DNA of 64,000 nucleotides from an uncultured bacterium (GCA_963825135.1 CAWGRW010000010.1:128001-192000), one strand, 5' to 3'. Shown: positions 41,620 through 54,004, numbered from the stretch's first letter. Notes: generated by a model not told the origin, from the letters alone. Numbers and translations are program-made.

Positions 41620-42054
41620 ATGAGCGAGAGTAAAACATACACAGGAAGTTGTTTTTGCGGAGCGGTTCAGATAGCCGCAACCGGCGAGCCCGTACTCATG
41701 GGCTACTGCCACTGCGATTCGTGCAGGCACTGGTCGGCGGGGCCGGTCAACGCGTTCACCCTCTGGAAACCCGATGCGGTGAAGGTCACCAAGGGCGAAG
41801 CCAACGTCGGCACGTTCAACAAAACGCCCCACAGCTTCCGCAAGTGGTGCAAGACGTGCGGGGGTCACGTATTGACCGTGCATCCGACAATGGGACTCAC
41901 CGACTTGTACGCGGCCATAATCCCGGGCCTCCCGTTCAAGCCGGCGGTCCACGTGAACTATCAGGAGACCGTGCTTCACATTATGGACGGCCTGCCCAAG
42001 TTCAAGGACTTCCCGAAGGAAGCGGGCGGCTCCGGCGATACGATGCCTGAGTAA
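41620..42054 (+). CDS. GFA/CENP-V family Zn-binding protein
   Basis: GSCFCGAV, CHCDSCR, CKTCG. Confidence 0.93.
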   Translation: MSESKTYTGSCFCGAVQIAATGEPVLMGYCHCDSCRHWSAGPVNAFTLWKPDAVKVTKGEANVGTFNKTPHSFRKWCKTCGGHVLTVHPTMGLTDLYAAIIPGLPFKPAVHVNYQETVLHIMDGLPKFKDFPKEAGGSGDTMPE

Positions 42055-42088
42055 ATGAATAGTTCCCTCCCCCTCTATAGGAGGGGGA

Positions 42089-42176
42089 ACTGCCGCGAAC
42101 GAGTGAGCGGTAGGTCGCTCTTGCAACAAAGGCAGGAAAGGCGCTTAATTCCGATTCTTCGATGCCTAGGCCAAAA
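42089..42176 (+). mobile_element. Element X insertion
   Basis: ac-tgccgc-gaacgagtga-gcggta-gg-tcgc inside a ccctccccc REP. Confidence 0.7.
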
Positions 42177-42483
42177 TAGTTAAGGGTGGGGGTGTACCTT
42201 ATTATTTCTATATTATTTCTGTCATTCCCGACACCGATCGGGAATCTAGTCTTTTAAATCCCCCTAAATCCCCCTTTACAAAGGGGGAAAACAATATTTC
42301 CAGATTTTAATTCCCTCCTTTAGCAAAGGAGGGTTAGGGAGGATTTAGCTTTTTCTTATCCCCGCGACATTACAGAATTTGCGGCACACAATGTGTGCTC
42401 ATACTACGATCCTTCCGTAACTCCTCTGCCATCGCCGGGTAATTAGCCAAACCCGTTCGTGCTGAGCCAGTCGAAGCACGTTA

Positions 42484-42608
42484 CCCGACATTACAGAATT
42501 TGCGTATAGAAAATCGATTGTACGAGCGTTAAGAATCTTACGTGGGATGGGGTGGGATCGGAAGATTTAGCGAGTACATGAGATTTTTAGCAAATTATGT
42601 AGTCGGAT
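42484..42608 (+). repeat. Element A copy 16
   Basis: Matches consensus. Confidence 0.95.
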
Positions 42609-42768
42609 GATTTTTGCTTCTTTTCATCAAGGAAAAGAAGGATAAATAAAACAGCCTTTCACCTTTCCTTTGTCTTTTCGAATGTTCACACTACGTGTGT
42701 GCTTCTTTTCATCAAGGAAAAGAAGAGAATAATATATTGCCTTCGTTTTATTTTAAATCCCCCTGAAT

Positions 42769-42853
42769 CTGGCTTAACAAAAATGTCGCTTCGATTAAGG
42801 AAATCCTTTGCCTTTAATCATCTCCGACCAATTCCTCACTTGCTCGGAATTGT
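42769..42853 (-). mobile_element. Element X insertion (minus strand)
   Basis: Reverse complement ac-aattcc-gagcaagtga-ggaatt-gg, close to 61640-61724. Confidence 0.75.
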
Positions 42854-42913
42854 TCCCCTTTACAAAGGGGGAAAACAATATTTCCAGTATTTAATTCCCT
42901 CCATGGAAAAAGA

Positions 42914-43002
42914 ACGGATGCGAACGGGCGAGCATTCGGACGCCCTATCTCAAAGAGCACAGAAGTAACTTAACTTCCAGCTCCATCCTTCTGAAGTCCA
43001 AA
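42914..43002 (+). mobile_element. Element X insertion
   Basis: ac-ggatgc-gaacgggcga-gcattc-gg-acgc inside a ttaattccctcc..gaggattt REP. Confidence 0.7.
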
Positions 43003-43049
43003 TAGGCTAGAGAGGATTTTATTTCCCCTCCCCCCGACGGGCACAGAAT

Positions 43050-43905
43050 TTACTTCCTCGCCATTATGAACCAGGTGCTCGAAGGCATATACACCCCGTC
43101 CGCCCTTTCGTACTTCTTCATCGACTTTCTCATATCCTCGCGCACCACGGCGAGCTTTTCCTTGCCCAGCTCCGCCGCCTCGCGGATTATCTCCCCCGAC
43201 GGGCCGACCAGTATCTGAAAATCAATCGCCTCTTCGAGGCTCGTCCCTATGCACACCTCGGCGTCGTTCCTCCTGAAGAGATCGACCTTCTCGAACCCCG
43301 CGGCCTTCAGCATCCCCCTGTCGGTCTCCTCGTCGGCGAGCGCGAACGGGCCCGGCCCGCAGGTCTGCGCGCTCTCTCCCGGAGGGGGCAGGTGCTTGAG
43401 CGCGACGTCCTTCGCCAGGCCCCAGCACGGGTTATCCCTTATCGTCCTCCAGACTATCATGCAGAGCTTGCCGCCCGGCTTGAGCGTCTTGTGCGCGTTC
43501 TTGAGCGCATAGACGATATTCTGAAAAAACATCACGCCGAAGCGCGAATAAACCACGTCGTAATAATTCTCCGGCAGCTCGCATGTCTGCGCGTCGCCGA
43601 GGACGAACTTCACGTTGCGCGAGCCCCGCCGCGTCCCTCTCCCTGTTCGCGATTTCGAGAAACGCCTCGGTGCAGTCGAGCCCCAGCACCTCGCCCCCGG
43701 GGCCGACCATCCTGCCCATTTCGAGGCACGTCTCGCCGTATCCGCAGCCTATGTCGAGCACCTTGTCGCCCGGCTTGATCTGAAAATATTCGTATGCCAT
43801 GGCGCTGTGGACGGCGCCGTTCCCGGAGAGCAGATGGCGGAACCTGTTCCACTTCGGGACGAGTATTTCGTTCCAGCAGTTAATAAATTCGTCGTTACCG
43901 TTCAT
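43050..43905 (-). CDS. Class I SAM-dependent methyltransferase, frameshift near 43615
   Basis: VLDIGCGYG in the first frame, YDVVYSRFGVMFF and LKPGG in the second. Confidence 0.88.
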
Positions 43906-44063
43906 CGGCAGTCTCCTTCTGCATGTACGTACACATTATCGTTGCGCGGAAAGAGCGTGTCAATCCGCTGCGCACCGGTAGAACGTGCGTTTTATCTATT
44001 TCCCATGCCTCCTCGGCGTAAACGGGCCAGGGAAGGCAAGCCGGAAGCTTGTCGGAGGCCGGA

Positions 44064-44576
44064 TCAGACCGCGCCCGAGGCCCTTCTCCGCCTCAACGCG
44101 AAGTAAACGCCCGCTATAATCAATCCACCGGCCGCTGCGATCATGCCCCACCCGGACAGGGCGGGTATGTTACTTTCCACCTGCGCCCTGACGTTGACGA
44201 ATGTGCACTGGATATCCCTCATTCCCGACTGGCAATCGATCCGGACGCCGCCGTCAATCACCTCGAACGGCACTTCAGTCTCGGTCGTGCATTCGACCGA
44301 ACCGAGAGCCCATCCCGGAGACGGGTCCTCGAGCACGGTGAATTCGCCGGAGCCGTTGAAAAGAAAGTGGTGCGTGTCTCCGTCGACTATGCTAAAATCC
44401 GCAACCTCGGGCACCGTAGTCGTAAAACTGAAAAGCGTATCGCCGGCCCCCTCCGCCTCTTTCGCTATAATAGTCGCGCACGACCCGCGGGCCGAGTCAT
44501 TAACCATAAACAGAGAGACAGACAACAGAATCACGGCGATACCGAAGAAATTCAGAATAGTATCGAATCTCCTCAT
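44064..44576 (-). CDS. IPTL-CTERM surface protein
   Basis: IPALSGWG-TM-RRRR. Confidence 0.9.
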   Translation of the reverse strand: MRRFDTILNFFGIAVILLSVSLFMVNDSARGSCATIIAKEAEGAGDTLFSFTTTVPEVADFSIVDGDTHHFLFNGSGEFTVLEDPSPGWALGSVECTTETEVPFEVIDGGVRIDCQSGMRDIQCTFVNVRAQVESNIPALSGWGMIAAAGGLIIAGVYFALRRRRASGAV

Positions 44577-44853
44577 TTTTCTATCCTCCTTTTCATATTG
44601 AATTCCGTTTTTATATTGAATTCCGTTCCCGGCAGGTCAGGTTGCCGGTCCGGCTCTTGATGATTTTCTTTACACGGACAACTGTAATCTCCATAAAACG
44701 TATATATACATTATTAAGCTTCCCGCTCCCGGAGTCAATCTCACAAATGACGCCGCCCCCTCGCCGCCGGTTCCGCGCGCCCCCCGAATCCTTGACCGCC
44801 ATCGTGAAAAACGTGTATAATCGCAGCTATCACCGCGTCAGGAGGAAGCCCGG

Positions 44854-45450
44854 ATGAAAGGAATAAAGAAGTTCTACATACTATCATTACTAATCTCGTT
44901 ATCGGTCTTCGCCCCGAGGGTTTGGGCGCAGCCCCCGGATCTGCCCGAAGGGCGCGTGCGTCACGCCGGAAGTGGAGCAGTGCGTGAACCCCGACCAGAC
45001 GCTGCTCAAATGGAGCGAAGGCACGGAGCAATGGCCCGACGAGGCGTGCAACTCGGATCGAACTATAGCTTCGGCGACTGCGACACCGACAGCTGCGACT
45101 CCGCCAACTCGTACGCACAGTACGTGTGCGCGGCTAACGGTTATGACGTCGGAATCTGGACGGGCAGGAAGGCGGCAGGCTGCGGTCCCGGCGGTCCCGG
45201 CGGCCCCGTCACGAACGGCACCGGAAACTTCAGCTTCTACTGCCTGGACGATTCTATCCCCTGCGATCCGTTTTTAGAAGATAGCTGCGTTCCATCCGAT
45301 CAGACGCAGATCGAGGTCTTCTGCTGCAATATATCGAGGCCGGCGCTGTCTCCGATACCGGCTATATCCGAATGGGGTTTGATCGCCACGGCGGCTGCTC
45401 TGGGAGTAGTCGGATTCATGGTATTCAAGCGAAGGAAACAAACAGCGTAG
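44854..45450 (+). CDS. Cys-rich IPTL-CTERM protein (probable compensating frameshifts ~44938 and ~45060)
   Basis: Signal peptide, IPAISEWG tail; alternative frame gives ICPKGACVTPEVEQCVNPD... Confidence 0.8.
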   Translation: MKGIKKFYILSLLISLSVFAPRVWAQPPDLPEGRVRHAGSGAVREPRPDAAQMERRHGAMARRGVQLGSNYSFGDCDTDSCDSANSYAQYVCAANGYDVGIWTGRKAAGCGPGGPGGPVTNGTGNFSFYCLDDSIPCDPFLEDSCVPSDQTQIEVFCCNISRPALSPIPAISEWGLIATAAALGVVGFMVFKRRKQTA

Positions 45451-45473
45451 AACATACTGAATAAACGTATAAC

Positions 45474-45500
45474 AAAAAGGGAGCTTCGGCTCCCTTTTTT
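45474..45500 (+). terminator. Intrinsic terminator (same hairpin at 46471-46495 and 47016-47039)
   Basis: aagggagc-ttcg-gctccctttttt after three plus-strand IPTL genes. Confidence 0.85.
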
Positions 45501-45824
45501 GTTTATCCGCCGCCTTCCCCTTCATCCCGGGCGCACACGAAGCGTGCTGTCGAAGGGTATATCCCAATCCTGTCATTTCGAGGTGAAGGCGAGAAATCTA
45601 TCTTTTGTCTTTTCTTCCCGACATTACAGAATTTGCGGCACACGAATGCGTGCTGCATATACGATTCTTCCGAATCTCCTCTGCCATCGCCAGGCAATGT
45701 AGCCGCAACCCGTTCACCCCGAGCGCGTCGAAGGGCGGTAATCTTATCTCCCTCCCCCCTTGAGGGGGAGGGTATGGGTGGGGGTTTACCTTAGTCCCAC
45801 AATCAATCCAGAAGGTCTTTCCTT

Positions 45825-45945
45825 CCCGACATTACAGAATTTGCGTTAAGAAAATCGCGTGTTTAAGCGTAAAGAAATCTTTGAGCAGTCCAATTGAAAG
45901 ATTTTAGCTAAAACACAAGATTTTTAGCGTAATTCTGTAGTCGGA
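45825..45945 (+). repeat. Element A copy 17 (class B inner stem)
   Basis: Same outer arms, inner gtgttt/aaacac and aaatcttt/aaagattt. Confidence 0.92.
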
Positions 45946-46105
45946 ATGATTTTTGCTTCTTTTCATCAAGGAAAAGAAGGATAAATAAAACTAGCCTTTC
46001 ACCTTCCTTTGCCTTTTCTCCCACTTCGAATGCCGCAAACTCAGCATTTTTATTCCTCGTCCGTTTATTGTATAATAGAGTCAATTATTAACGGAGGGTA
46101 AGAAT

Positions 46106-46441
46106 ATGCGCGGAATACGGACTTATTCGTTCGCTGTAGCTTTTCTGGCATTTGGCTTTTTACTTCTGGCATTGCCGAAAGACGGGTTTTCGGGATTCTC
46201 AACCGAGATATCCTGCTGCCAGGCGGAAGGTAAGTGCACCGATAGTTCAGAGGGACCCTTTCTATGCAGGGTTGAAGACGTTGTCGAAAACGCGTTTTGT
46301 GATCAGGGCACGGGCGAATGCACGCTTATTGACACCAGCAGCAACATACCGACCCTCTCCGAATGGGGATTGATTGCCATGGCCGGCGTGCTGGGAATAG
46401 CGGGATACGTCATTATCAGAAGAAGGAAGGCAACGGCTTAA
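46106..46441 (+). CDS. Mini Cys-rich IPTL-CTERM protein
   Basis: 6-Cys domain, IPTLSEWG tail. Confidence 0.9.
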   Translation: MRGIRTYSFAVAFLAFGFLLLALPKDGFSGFSTEISCCQAEGKCTDSSEGPFLCRVEDVVENAFCDQGTGECTLIDTSSNIPTLSEWGLIAMAGVLGIAGYVIIRRRKATA

Positions 46442-46648
46442 AGCCCGGAATATCTACAATCTATCTTAGCAAAGGGAGCTTCGGCTCCCTTTTTTATTCG
46501 CGCTGCCTGGGCGCGGTTCTTGAGACGGACCAGCCCGTCTATACCTCCATCGGCAAAACGGCAGCGTCTGTGAACCCCCGGAATTAAAGCTGTTGTTCCT
46601 CGTCCGTTTATTGTATAATAGAGTCAACTATTAATGGAGGGTAAGAAT

Positions 46649-46987
46649 ATGCGGGGAATACGGACTTATTCATTCGTAGTCGCTTTTCTGGCATTTGGTT
46701 TTTTACTTCTGGCATTGCCGGAAGACGGGTTTTCGGGACTTGGTCCCGCACCTCAATACTGCTGCCAGGGTGAGGGGACCTGTGCTGATAGTTCAGAGGG
46801 GCCCATTTTGTGCAGGGTCGAAGACGTTGTCCAAAACGCGTTTTGCAATCAGGAAACCGGCGAATGCGCGCTCCTTGACACCAGCAGCAACATCCCCACC
46901 CTCTCCGAATGGGGATTGATAGCCATGGCCGGCGTTCTGGGAATAGCGGGATATGTCATTATCAGAAGAAGGAAGGCAACGGCTTAA
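46649..46987 (+). CDS. Mini Cys-rich IPTL-CTERM protein, tandem duplicate
   Basis: Near-identical to 46106..46441 including upstream region. Confidence 0.9.
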   Translation: MRGIRTYSFVVAFLAFGFLLLALPEDGFSGLGPAPQYCCQGEGTCADSSEGPILCRVEDVVQNAFCNQETGECALLDTSSNIPTLSEWGLIAMAGVLGIAGYVIIRRRKATA

Positions 46988-47370
46988 AACCTCGAATTTA
47001 AAATATATACACATCAAGGGAGCTTCGGCTCCCTTTTTTGTTTATCCGCCGCCCAACCCGTTCACCCGAGCCTGCCTGTCCCGAGCCCGTCAAAGGATCG
47101 AATTGCGAAAGGTTCAGAACCATAATACCGTATGGAGAGAAACCGGTCGCAGCGGGATATGCGCATGTTAATGCATGACGTGCCGTAATTTCGCCTAATT
47201 TTGACAAACAGGGATTATAATTAAGCAATAAGCATAAAAGTTCCGCCCCGGAAAAGGAATAAATGTTAAAGTAATAAAGAGCGTTAAGTTCGGATTTGAA
47301 TGTTATTGTTCATGCCGGGCTGCGGCCGGATGACTGCCGGGGATAGCAGCGAGAGGGGCGCGTGGAATAA

Positions 47371-50300
47371 ATGAAAGAGAGCTCTAAGACCAAAGCGCAG
47401 CTTTTAAACGAGCTTGAAAACCTTCGCAGCGCAAGCGCCCGCTACGAAACCATTCTCAACATCGCCGAGGACGCGGTCGTATCCGCCGACGCGGAGCACA
47501 GAATCGTCTATTTCAATAAAGGGGCGGAAAAAATCTTCGGCTACCGCCCGGACGAAATCCTTGGCAAGCCTCTCGAAGTCCTCATGCCCGCGCGATTCAC
47601 GGAAGCCCACGCAAAACACGTGCAGGATTTCGCCCGCGGCCGCGTGTCGTCGAGGTACATGAACGAACGCTCCAGGTTCTTCGCCCTCCGGAAGGACGGC
47701 ACGGAGTTCCCGGCCGAGGCCTCGATCTCCAGGTACGGCACGGGAGAGGGGACGGTGTTCACGGCGATAATGCGCGACGTCAGCGCTGAGAACGACTCCA
47801 GAAGCGAGCTCGAACATGCGCTCTCCCTCCTCCGCGCAACTATCGACGCAACCGCCGACGGCATTATATCGATAGACATGTCGAACAGGATAACGAGCCT
47901 CAACCGGAAGTACGTCGAAATGTGGCGGCTGCCCGAGCAGGTCACGGCGGCGAGAGACTTCGGCCCGCTGATAGAGCACTTACTCTCCAATGGTAAAGGA
48001 CCCCGAATGCATCCACGGGACGGTAAGTCATCTCGAGAAGTGCCCGGAGAAGCCGATACACGAGTTCATAGAGCTCAAGGACGGCAGGGTCTTCGAGCAT
48101 TCGAGCAACCCCCAGATGATCGGGGACGAAATCGTCGGCATCGTCTGCAGCTACCGCGACGTTACGGATGAGAGGCACGTCGTCGAGAAGTTGGGCGAGA
48201 GCATCTCGCGGCTGTCGAAGAAGAACCGGTACGAGTCGATCATCGACTCGATTCACAGGAGCGTCACCGAATCCCACAACCTTCAGGAAATTCTCGACGA
48301 CATCGTCGAGGCCATAAGTAAAAACACCCAGTCGTCCGATATCGTTTCCATCTATTTCGTCGAAGGCCGCGAAGCGGTGCTCAAGGCATCGAAGGGCTAT
48401 CCCGACTGGTATATGAGGGAGGCGGGCAGGATACCGTATCCGAAGGGCTTTACCTGGAAGGCGATCATAGAGAATAAACCCTTGCTATACTGCTCGGACG
48501 TCGACCAGGACCTGGCTATCGGACCCGCCGGGAGGAGACTGGGGACGAAGAGCTACGTGTCCATGCCGTTCGGACACGAAGGCGAGGTCACGGGGACGAT
48601 AAACATTCATTCCCTGAAGAGGGACGCGTACGATGAGGAAGAATTAAATTTATTGGAAACGGTGGCGCAGCAGATAGAGAGGGCCATAAAGAAAATACGC
48701 ATGACGGAGGCGCTCCGGCAGTCAGAGGAGCGCTACCGCATACTATTCGATCAATCGCCCGTCGGCGTGTATATCTTCGACAGGGACCTGAACGTCACGC
48801 AGTGCAACAAGCGGATGACCGAGATACTGCGGAGAGCCCCGATGACACGATCGTAGGGTTCAACCTCAGGGACCTCAAAGACAAGAGCTTCGTCCCCGCG
48901 ACTGAAAAGACGATACTGGGCGAGCACTCATACCGTGAAGGCCTGTATGAAGCGACTACGAGCGGGGCCAGGGTGTGGCTGTCTCAGTACTTCTCCCCGC
49001 TCCGCGACGAGCAGGGGACCGTCATAGGCGGCATGGGTGTCGCCGAGGACATCACGGAGCGCAAAGAAGCGGAGGGGGCGCTGCAGAAAATCAAAACGAG
49101 CCTCTCGGACGCGCAGCGGATAGCGCACCTCGGGAACTGGGACTGGGACATCGGGACGAACGCGCTCCTCTGGTCGGACGAGGTTTACCGGATATTCGGA
49201 TACGCACCGCAGGAGTTCGGCGCGACGTACGGATCGTTCCTGAATTCCGTCCACCCGGACGACAGGGATTTCGTAAAGAAGTCCGTCGACGAAACTCTCT
49301 ACCGGGGGGCGATTTACAGCATCGACCACCGGATAGTGCTCCCGGACGGCTCGGAGCGCGTTGTCCACGAGCGGGCCGAGGTCGTCTTCGACGATTACGG
49401 CCGGCCCGTCCGCATGATCGGGACCGTGCTCGACGTCACCGGACTAAAGAAAACGGAAGAGGATCTCAGGAATAACCAGCGCATGCTCACGACCGTGCTG
49501 ACCAGCCTGCCGGGATGTACCTACCGTCGCAGGAACGACAAAGACTTCGCGTTCGAATTCGTGAGCGAAGGCATATCGGCGCTCACCGGTTATACGTTCG
49601 ACGATTACAGGAGCAAAACGGCGAATTACCTCGACCTCATTCACCCCGACGACCTTCCGAATATCCTGAGCGACGTGTACGATGCGCTCGAAAATCACCG
49701 GATGTACGAGGTGATATACAGGATCAGGACCGGCAAGAACGAGGAGAAGTGGCTATGGGACAAGGGCCAGGGCGTCTATTCGCCCTCGGGAGATCTTCTT
49801 TACCTCGAAGGTTTCGTTACCGACATAACGGAGAGGAAGCGTCTCGAGGAGCGGGTCGGCCAGTCCCAGAAGATGGAGGCCGTCGGCAGGCTCGCGGGCG
49901 GGATCGCCCACGACTTCAATAACCTTCTCACGGTAATCCTCAACTACAGCGATCTCCTGCTCTCGCGACCTGCGACCGACAAAAAGCAGGAGGAGCGCAT
50001 ACGGGAGATTAAAAACGCGGGGGAGCGCGCCGCGGCATTGACGAAGCAGCTCCTGGCCTTCAGCCGCAAACAGATCCTCCAGCCGAAGGTGCTCGACTTA
50101 AACGACGTAGTCGCCGGGATGGAGAAGATGATACGGCGGCTCACCCGTGAGGACATAGTGCTCGTCACCGAGCTTGAGCCCGCGCTCTGGCGCGTGAAAG
50201 CCGACCCGGTACAGATCGAACAGGTGATTTTGAACCTCGCCATCAACGCCGGGGACGCAATGCCGAAGGGAGGAACGCTGCGTATACAAACGTCGAACGT

Positions 50301-51018
50301 CCGTCCGGGAGAAGCTCTCTCGGGCCGGGACCCGGGCTTTGAGCCCGGGAGCTCCGTGATGCTCTCCGTAAGCGATACCGGACACGGGATGGACGAGGCG
50401 ACGCTGTCGCAAATCTTCGACCCCTTCTTCACGATGAAAGAGATCGGAAAAGGGACCGGGCTCGGCCTCGCGACCGTCCACGGGATAATCAATCAGAGCG
50501 GCGGACGCGTCACGGTCGACAGCGGGATGGACAAGGGCACGACGTTTAGAATATATCTCCCCGCGGTCGAGGGGCTTCCCGAAGAAGCCCGGGACAGTAT
50601 CACGGCGGTGGGGAACGCAGAGGGAGGACCGGAAACCATACTTATTGCCGAAGACCAGAACGAGGTGCTGTCCCTGGTCAGTCTGGTATTGGAAGAAGCG
50701 GGACATAACGTGCTCGAAGCGAATAATAGCGATGCGGCGATCCTGACCTGTGAGCGGCACAAAGAACCGATCGACCTGCTGCTGATCGATGTCGTTATGC
50801 CGCATATGAGCGGACCCGAGCTCGCCAGGCGTCTGACGGCGCTTCACCCCGAGATGAAAGTCCTCTACATGTCGGGCTACATCGATAGCACGATCGATGA
50901 ATACGGCGTCTTCTCCAACGGAAGGTCTTTCCTGCAGAAACCTTTCACGCCCTCAGTCCTCCTCGGCAAAGTGCGCGAAGTGCTGAACGCACCTCTTGCA
51001 CGGACGGGCGGCGGGTGA
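47371..51018 (+). CDS. PAS/GAF hybrid sensor histidine kinase-response regulator, split by frameshifts near 47990 and 48835
   Basis: Several PAS domains, GAF, AGGIAHDFNN H-box, GKGTGLGL, C-terminal receiver. Confidence 0.9.
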
Positions 51019-51069
51019 GCACCCGCGGGCGTACGATCTCGAGCATCTCCTTTCCTGTCATTTCGAACA

Positions 51070-51156
51070 ACAGTTGCAAGCGTGCGCGCAACTGGTCGAC
51101 GTTGGTTGATTGCAAGTAACTCAAATTGACACCGTACACGATCTGCACAATCCAAA
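51070..51156 (+). mobile_element. Element X insertion in a gtcatttcga REP
   Basis: ac-agttgc-aagcgtgcgc-gcaact-gg. Confidence 0.75.
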
Positions 51157-51271
51157 ACGAGACATCTGTCTTTTGCCTTTGGTATTAATTCCCTCCTTAG
51201 AAAAAGGAGGGCAAGGGAGGATTGGGGTGTTACCTTCCGTTCGTACTGAATCCAGCGAAGCACTTTTCTTC

Positions 51272-51397
51272 CCCGACATTACAGAATTTGCGTTAAGAAA
51301 ACCGATTGTACGAGCGTTAAGAATCTTACGCGGGGTGGGGCGGAATCGGAAGATTTAGCGAGTACATGAGATTTTTAGCACAATTCTGTAGTCGGAT
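51272..51397 (+). repeat. Element A copy 18
   Basis: Matches consensus. Confidence 0.95.
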
Positions 51398-51559
51398 GAT
51401 TTTTGCTTCTTTTCATCAAGGAAAAGAAGGATCAATCAAATAGCCTTTCTCCTTCCTTTTGTCTTTCTCTCCCTTGCATCGAATGCCGCAAATGCAGAGC
51501 GGAACCCCGCCTTTTCCCCGATCTGCATGTATAATTCTACGGAGGAGAAAACCCCGCCG

Positions 51560-52150
51560 ATGAAACCTATCACGCTCGCCCTGATCGCGGCCATAATACT
51601 CACCGCCCTGGCCCCCGAATCCCGCGCGGAGAACAATACCCACGACTTCAGGAAAACCCGCTGGGGCATGACCCCGGCGCAGGTGAAGCTCACGGAGAAC
51701 GGCACACCCGTGAGCGAGACCAAGCTCCCGCCCTACGACCTCGCCGTCAGCTACAGGGGAAAGTACGAAGGGCTCGACGCGGAGATCGGCTACCTGTTCA
51801 CGAACGATAAGCTCGTCTTGGGCGGATACGCCGTGACGAGCAAGTACGAGGACCCTCAGCAGTACGTGAAGGACTACGAGAGGGTAAAGGGCGTCCTCGC
51901 CGGGCAATTCGGCAAGCCCGCGGAGGACTGGAAGACCTGGAGCCCGGGTCAGCAGGAGGAAAAGCCCGAGTCCTACGGCAAGGCCGTGACGGAGGGGAAG
52001 CTGATACTCCAGACCTCCTGGAAAACGCCCGAGACCGAAATATTCCTGACCCTCGAGGGCGGGAACGTGAACACAATCCTGTCGGTGCTCTACTACAGCG
52101 TGAAGTTAAACCCGCGCGTCGAGGAGCGGAAGCTCAATCAGCAGCCGTAG
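51560..52150 (+). CDS. Secreted hypothetical protein (DFR..RWGM family)
   Basis: Signal peptide, DFRKTRWGMT motif shared with 59360 and 60817. Confidence 0.8.
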   Translation: MKPITLALIAAIILTALAPESRAENNTHDFRKTRWGMTPAQVKLTENGTPVSETKLPPYDLAVSYRGKYEGLDAEIGYLFTNDKLVLGGYAVTSKYEDPQQYVKDYERVKGVLAGQFGKPAEDWKTWSPGQQEEKPESYGKAVTEGKLILQTSWKTPETEIFLTLEGGNVNTILSVLYYSVKLNPRVEERKLNQQP

Positions 52151-52534
52151 AAAATTCGGCCGCGCGCACGCACACGCACGTAGCGCGTTTCTATGATCCT
52201 TCCGAAACTCCTACGCTCAAACCGGCAATCATGGCGTTTTCGTATGTCGGCGGCGACACCGCCCCGTTCACCCCGAGCGCACACGATGCGCGTCGAAGGG
52301 TTTTCCCTTCAATTCGTCCCTTAAAAAAGGGGGATTAGGGGGATTTAGTCTTTTCTTCCCCGACATTACAGAATTTGCGGCACACAATGTGTGCTCATAT
52401 ACCCCTTCCGGATCTCCTCCATATAGCCGGCAACGAAGCCCAACCCGTTCACCCTGAGCGCGTCGAAGGGCACATTATCCGTCATTTCGAGCAGCGCGAG
52501 AAATCTATCTTTTGCCTTTTCTTTTGCCTTTCCC

Positions 52535-52656
52535 CCCGACATTACAGAATTTGCGTTAAGAAAATCGCTTGTTTAAGCGTTAAGAAATCTTTGAGCAGTC
52601 CAATTGAAAGATTTTAGCTTAAACACAAGATTTTTAGCACAATTCTGTAGTCGGAT
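52535..52656 (+). repeat. Element A copy 19 (class B)
   Basis: Inner stem tgtttaagc/gcttaaaca. Confidence 0.92.
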
Positions 52657-52941
52657 GATTTTTGCTTCTTTTCATCAAGGAAAAGAAGGATAAAAAAACA
52701 GCCTTTGTCTTGTCCTTCCTTAGTCTTGTCTTTTCGAATGATCACACTACGTGTGTGTGTCGCGGCTGGAAGCCGCTCCTACAAGTGATTGTAAACGCAG
52801 CATCGCTAAAAAAAAGCCCCTTTCCTCCATCCCGGAAGAAAGGGGCAACTTTGAAGTCACCCTGAACCGGTTTCAGGGTCCCGCTTTTCTTTTCTGTCAT
52901 TCCCGTGAGCTTCCATCGGGAATCTCGCTGTTATTTCCCTT

Positions 52942-54004
52942 CTATACCGCCTGCGCCCTCTTGCGCCTGACGGCGAAGAACACCCCTATCAGCCCCAATC
53001 CGACGACGGCGGAAATCATCCCCCACTCGGAAAGGGTGGGTATCGGCCGCGCCGGGGAGATCCACAACTTCTCCGCCGTAAGCGTTTCCCCGCCCTCTAT
53101 CGTAGCTACGATAGTGTCCGTACCGGGGAACTTACTCCCCGTATAAGTCCACGATACCCGACCGTCTATGTCCGTCGTACAGTCGTCGTTAGGCGTGCAC
53201 TCGCCGTTCCCGGGATCGCTCGCCTGCCCATCGTTCGGCCCCGACGTCACTTCGAAGCTCACCAATACCCCCGGCAGCGGGCTGCCGTTCGAAATAATGG
53301 CCGCCGTAACGGTATGGTCGGTAAATATATCGTTCGTCGCGAATTCCGGCGACAGGCTCACGAGGTCCGGCGTAATCCCATCTCCGAAACTTATGCTGAG
53401 GAGGCCTCGTACTTCAGCTGTCATGTCGCCGGGCCGCAGCTCGATTCTTGCAATAGGCACGGCCGATGTGACCCCCAGGAATGAATTAAACAGGTTTGTG
53501 ATTGGAATGACAGTCGAGTTGAGAAGGACGTTCCCTGCACCGTATACATCGACGATATTATTGTCGCTGCACGTCCCACCAGACTGAGCGCATCCGATAA
53601 GCATCCCCGCCCTCATTATAGTCGGGTCGGTGAAAAGTATCCGATACGTATCCGCGAATACATTAGTAGTAAGCACGTTCGCCGGATTGCCCGCCCCCGA
53701 TGCATTCGACCCGAGTGCCAAAATATTACCGGCGTTGAGCAGTCGTAACGGTGAATTCAATTCCCGGCAGAATTTCACCCGGCGTAAAACACACATCGTT
53801 TGAGGCGGAATTCACCGGCGGGTTACATGAAAGGAACCCGTTCGCAGGCGCGTTTGCGGCGGCAAAATCCTGGAAAGCGAGCCCCGGGTTATCAGCGTTG
53901 AACTGAGACTCGTTCGTAGTAAACGTGACCTGGGCCTGTGAAACGCCGTAGGAAAAAACGAAAAAAAGAATTAACGCGGCATATAGCACTCTTGATGTAT
54001 ACAT
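52942..54004 (-). CDS. Larger IPTL-CTERM protein with Ig-like (Big_1-like) domain, frameshift near 53750
   Basis: Signal peptide MYTSRVL..., V.F.V.SGPN...TD.DG..SWTYTG, IPTLSEWG. Confidence 0.85.

Noticed and set aside
46106..46987. DGR template/variable repeat pair
   Set aside because: Differences are not adenine-specific, include an indel, both copies are complete genes, and no RT is in the window
47090..47160. Additional element X copy
   Set aside because: Has gaaaccggtcgc but the stem and loop are poorly matched and no empty-site comparison is available, so it was not counted
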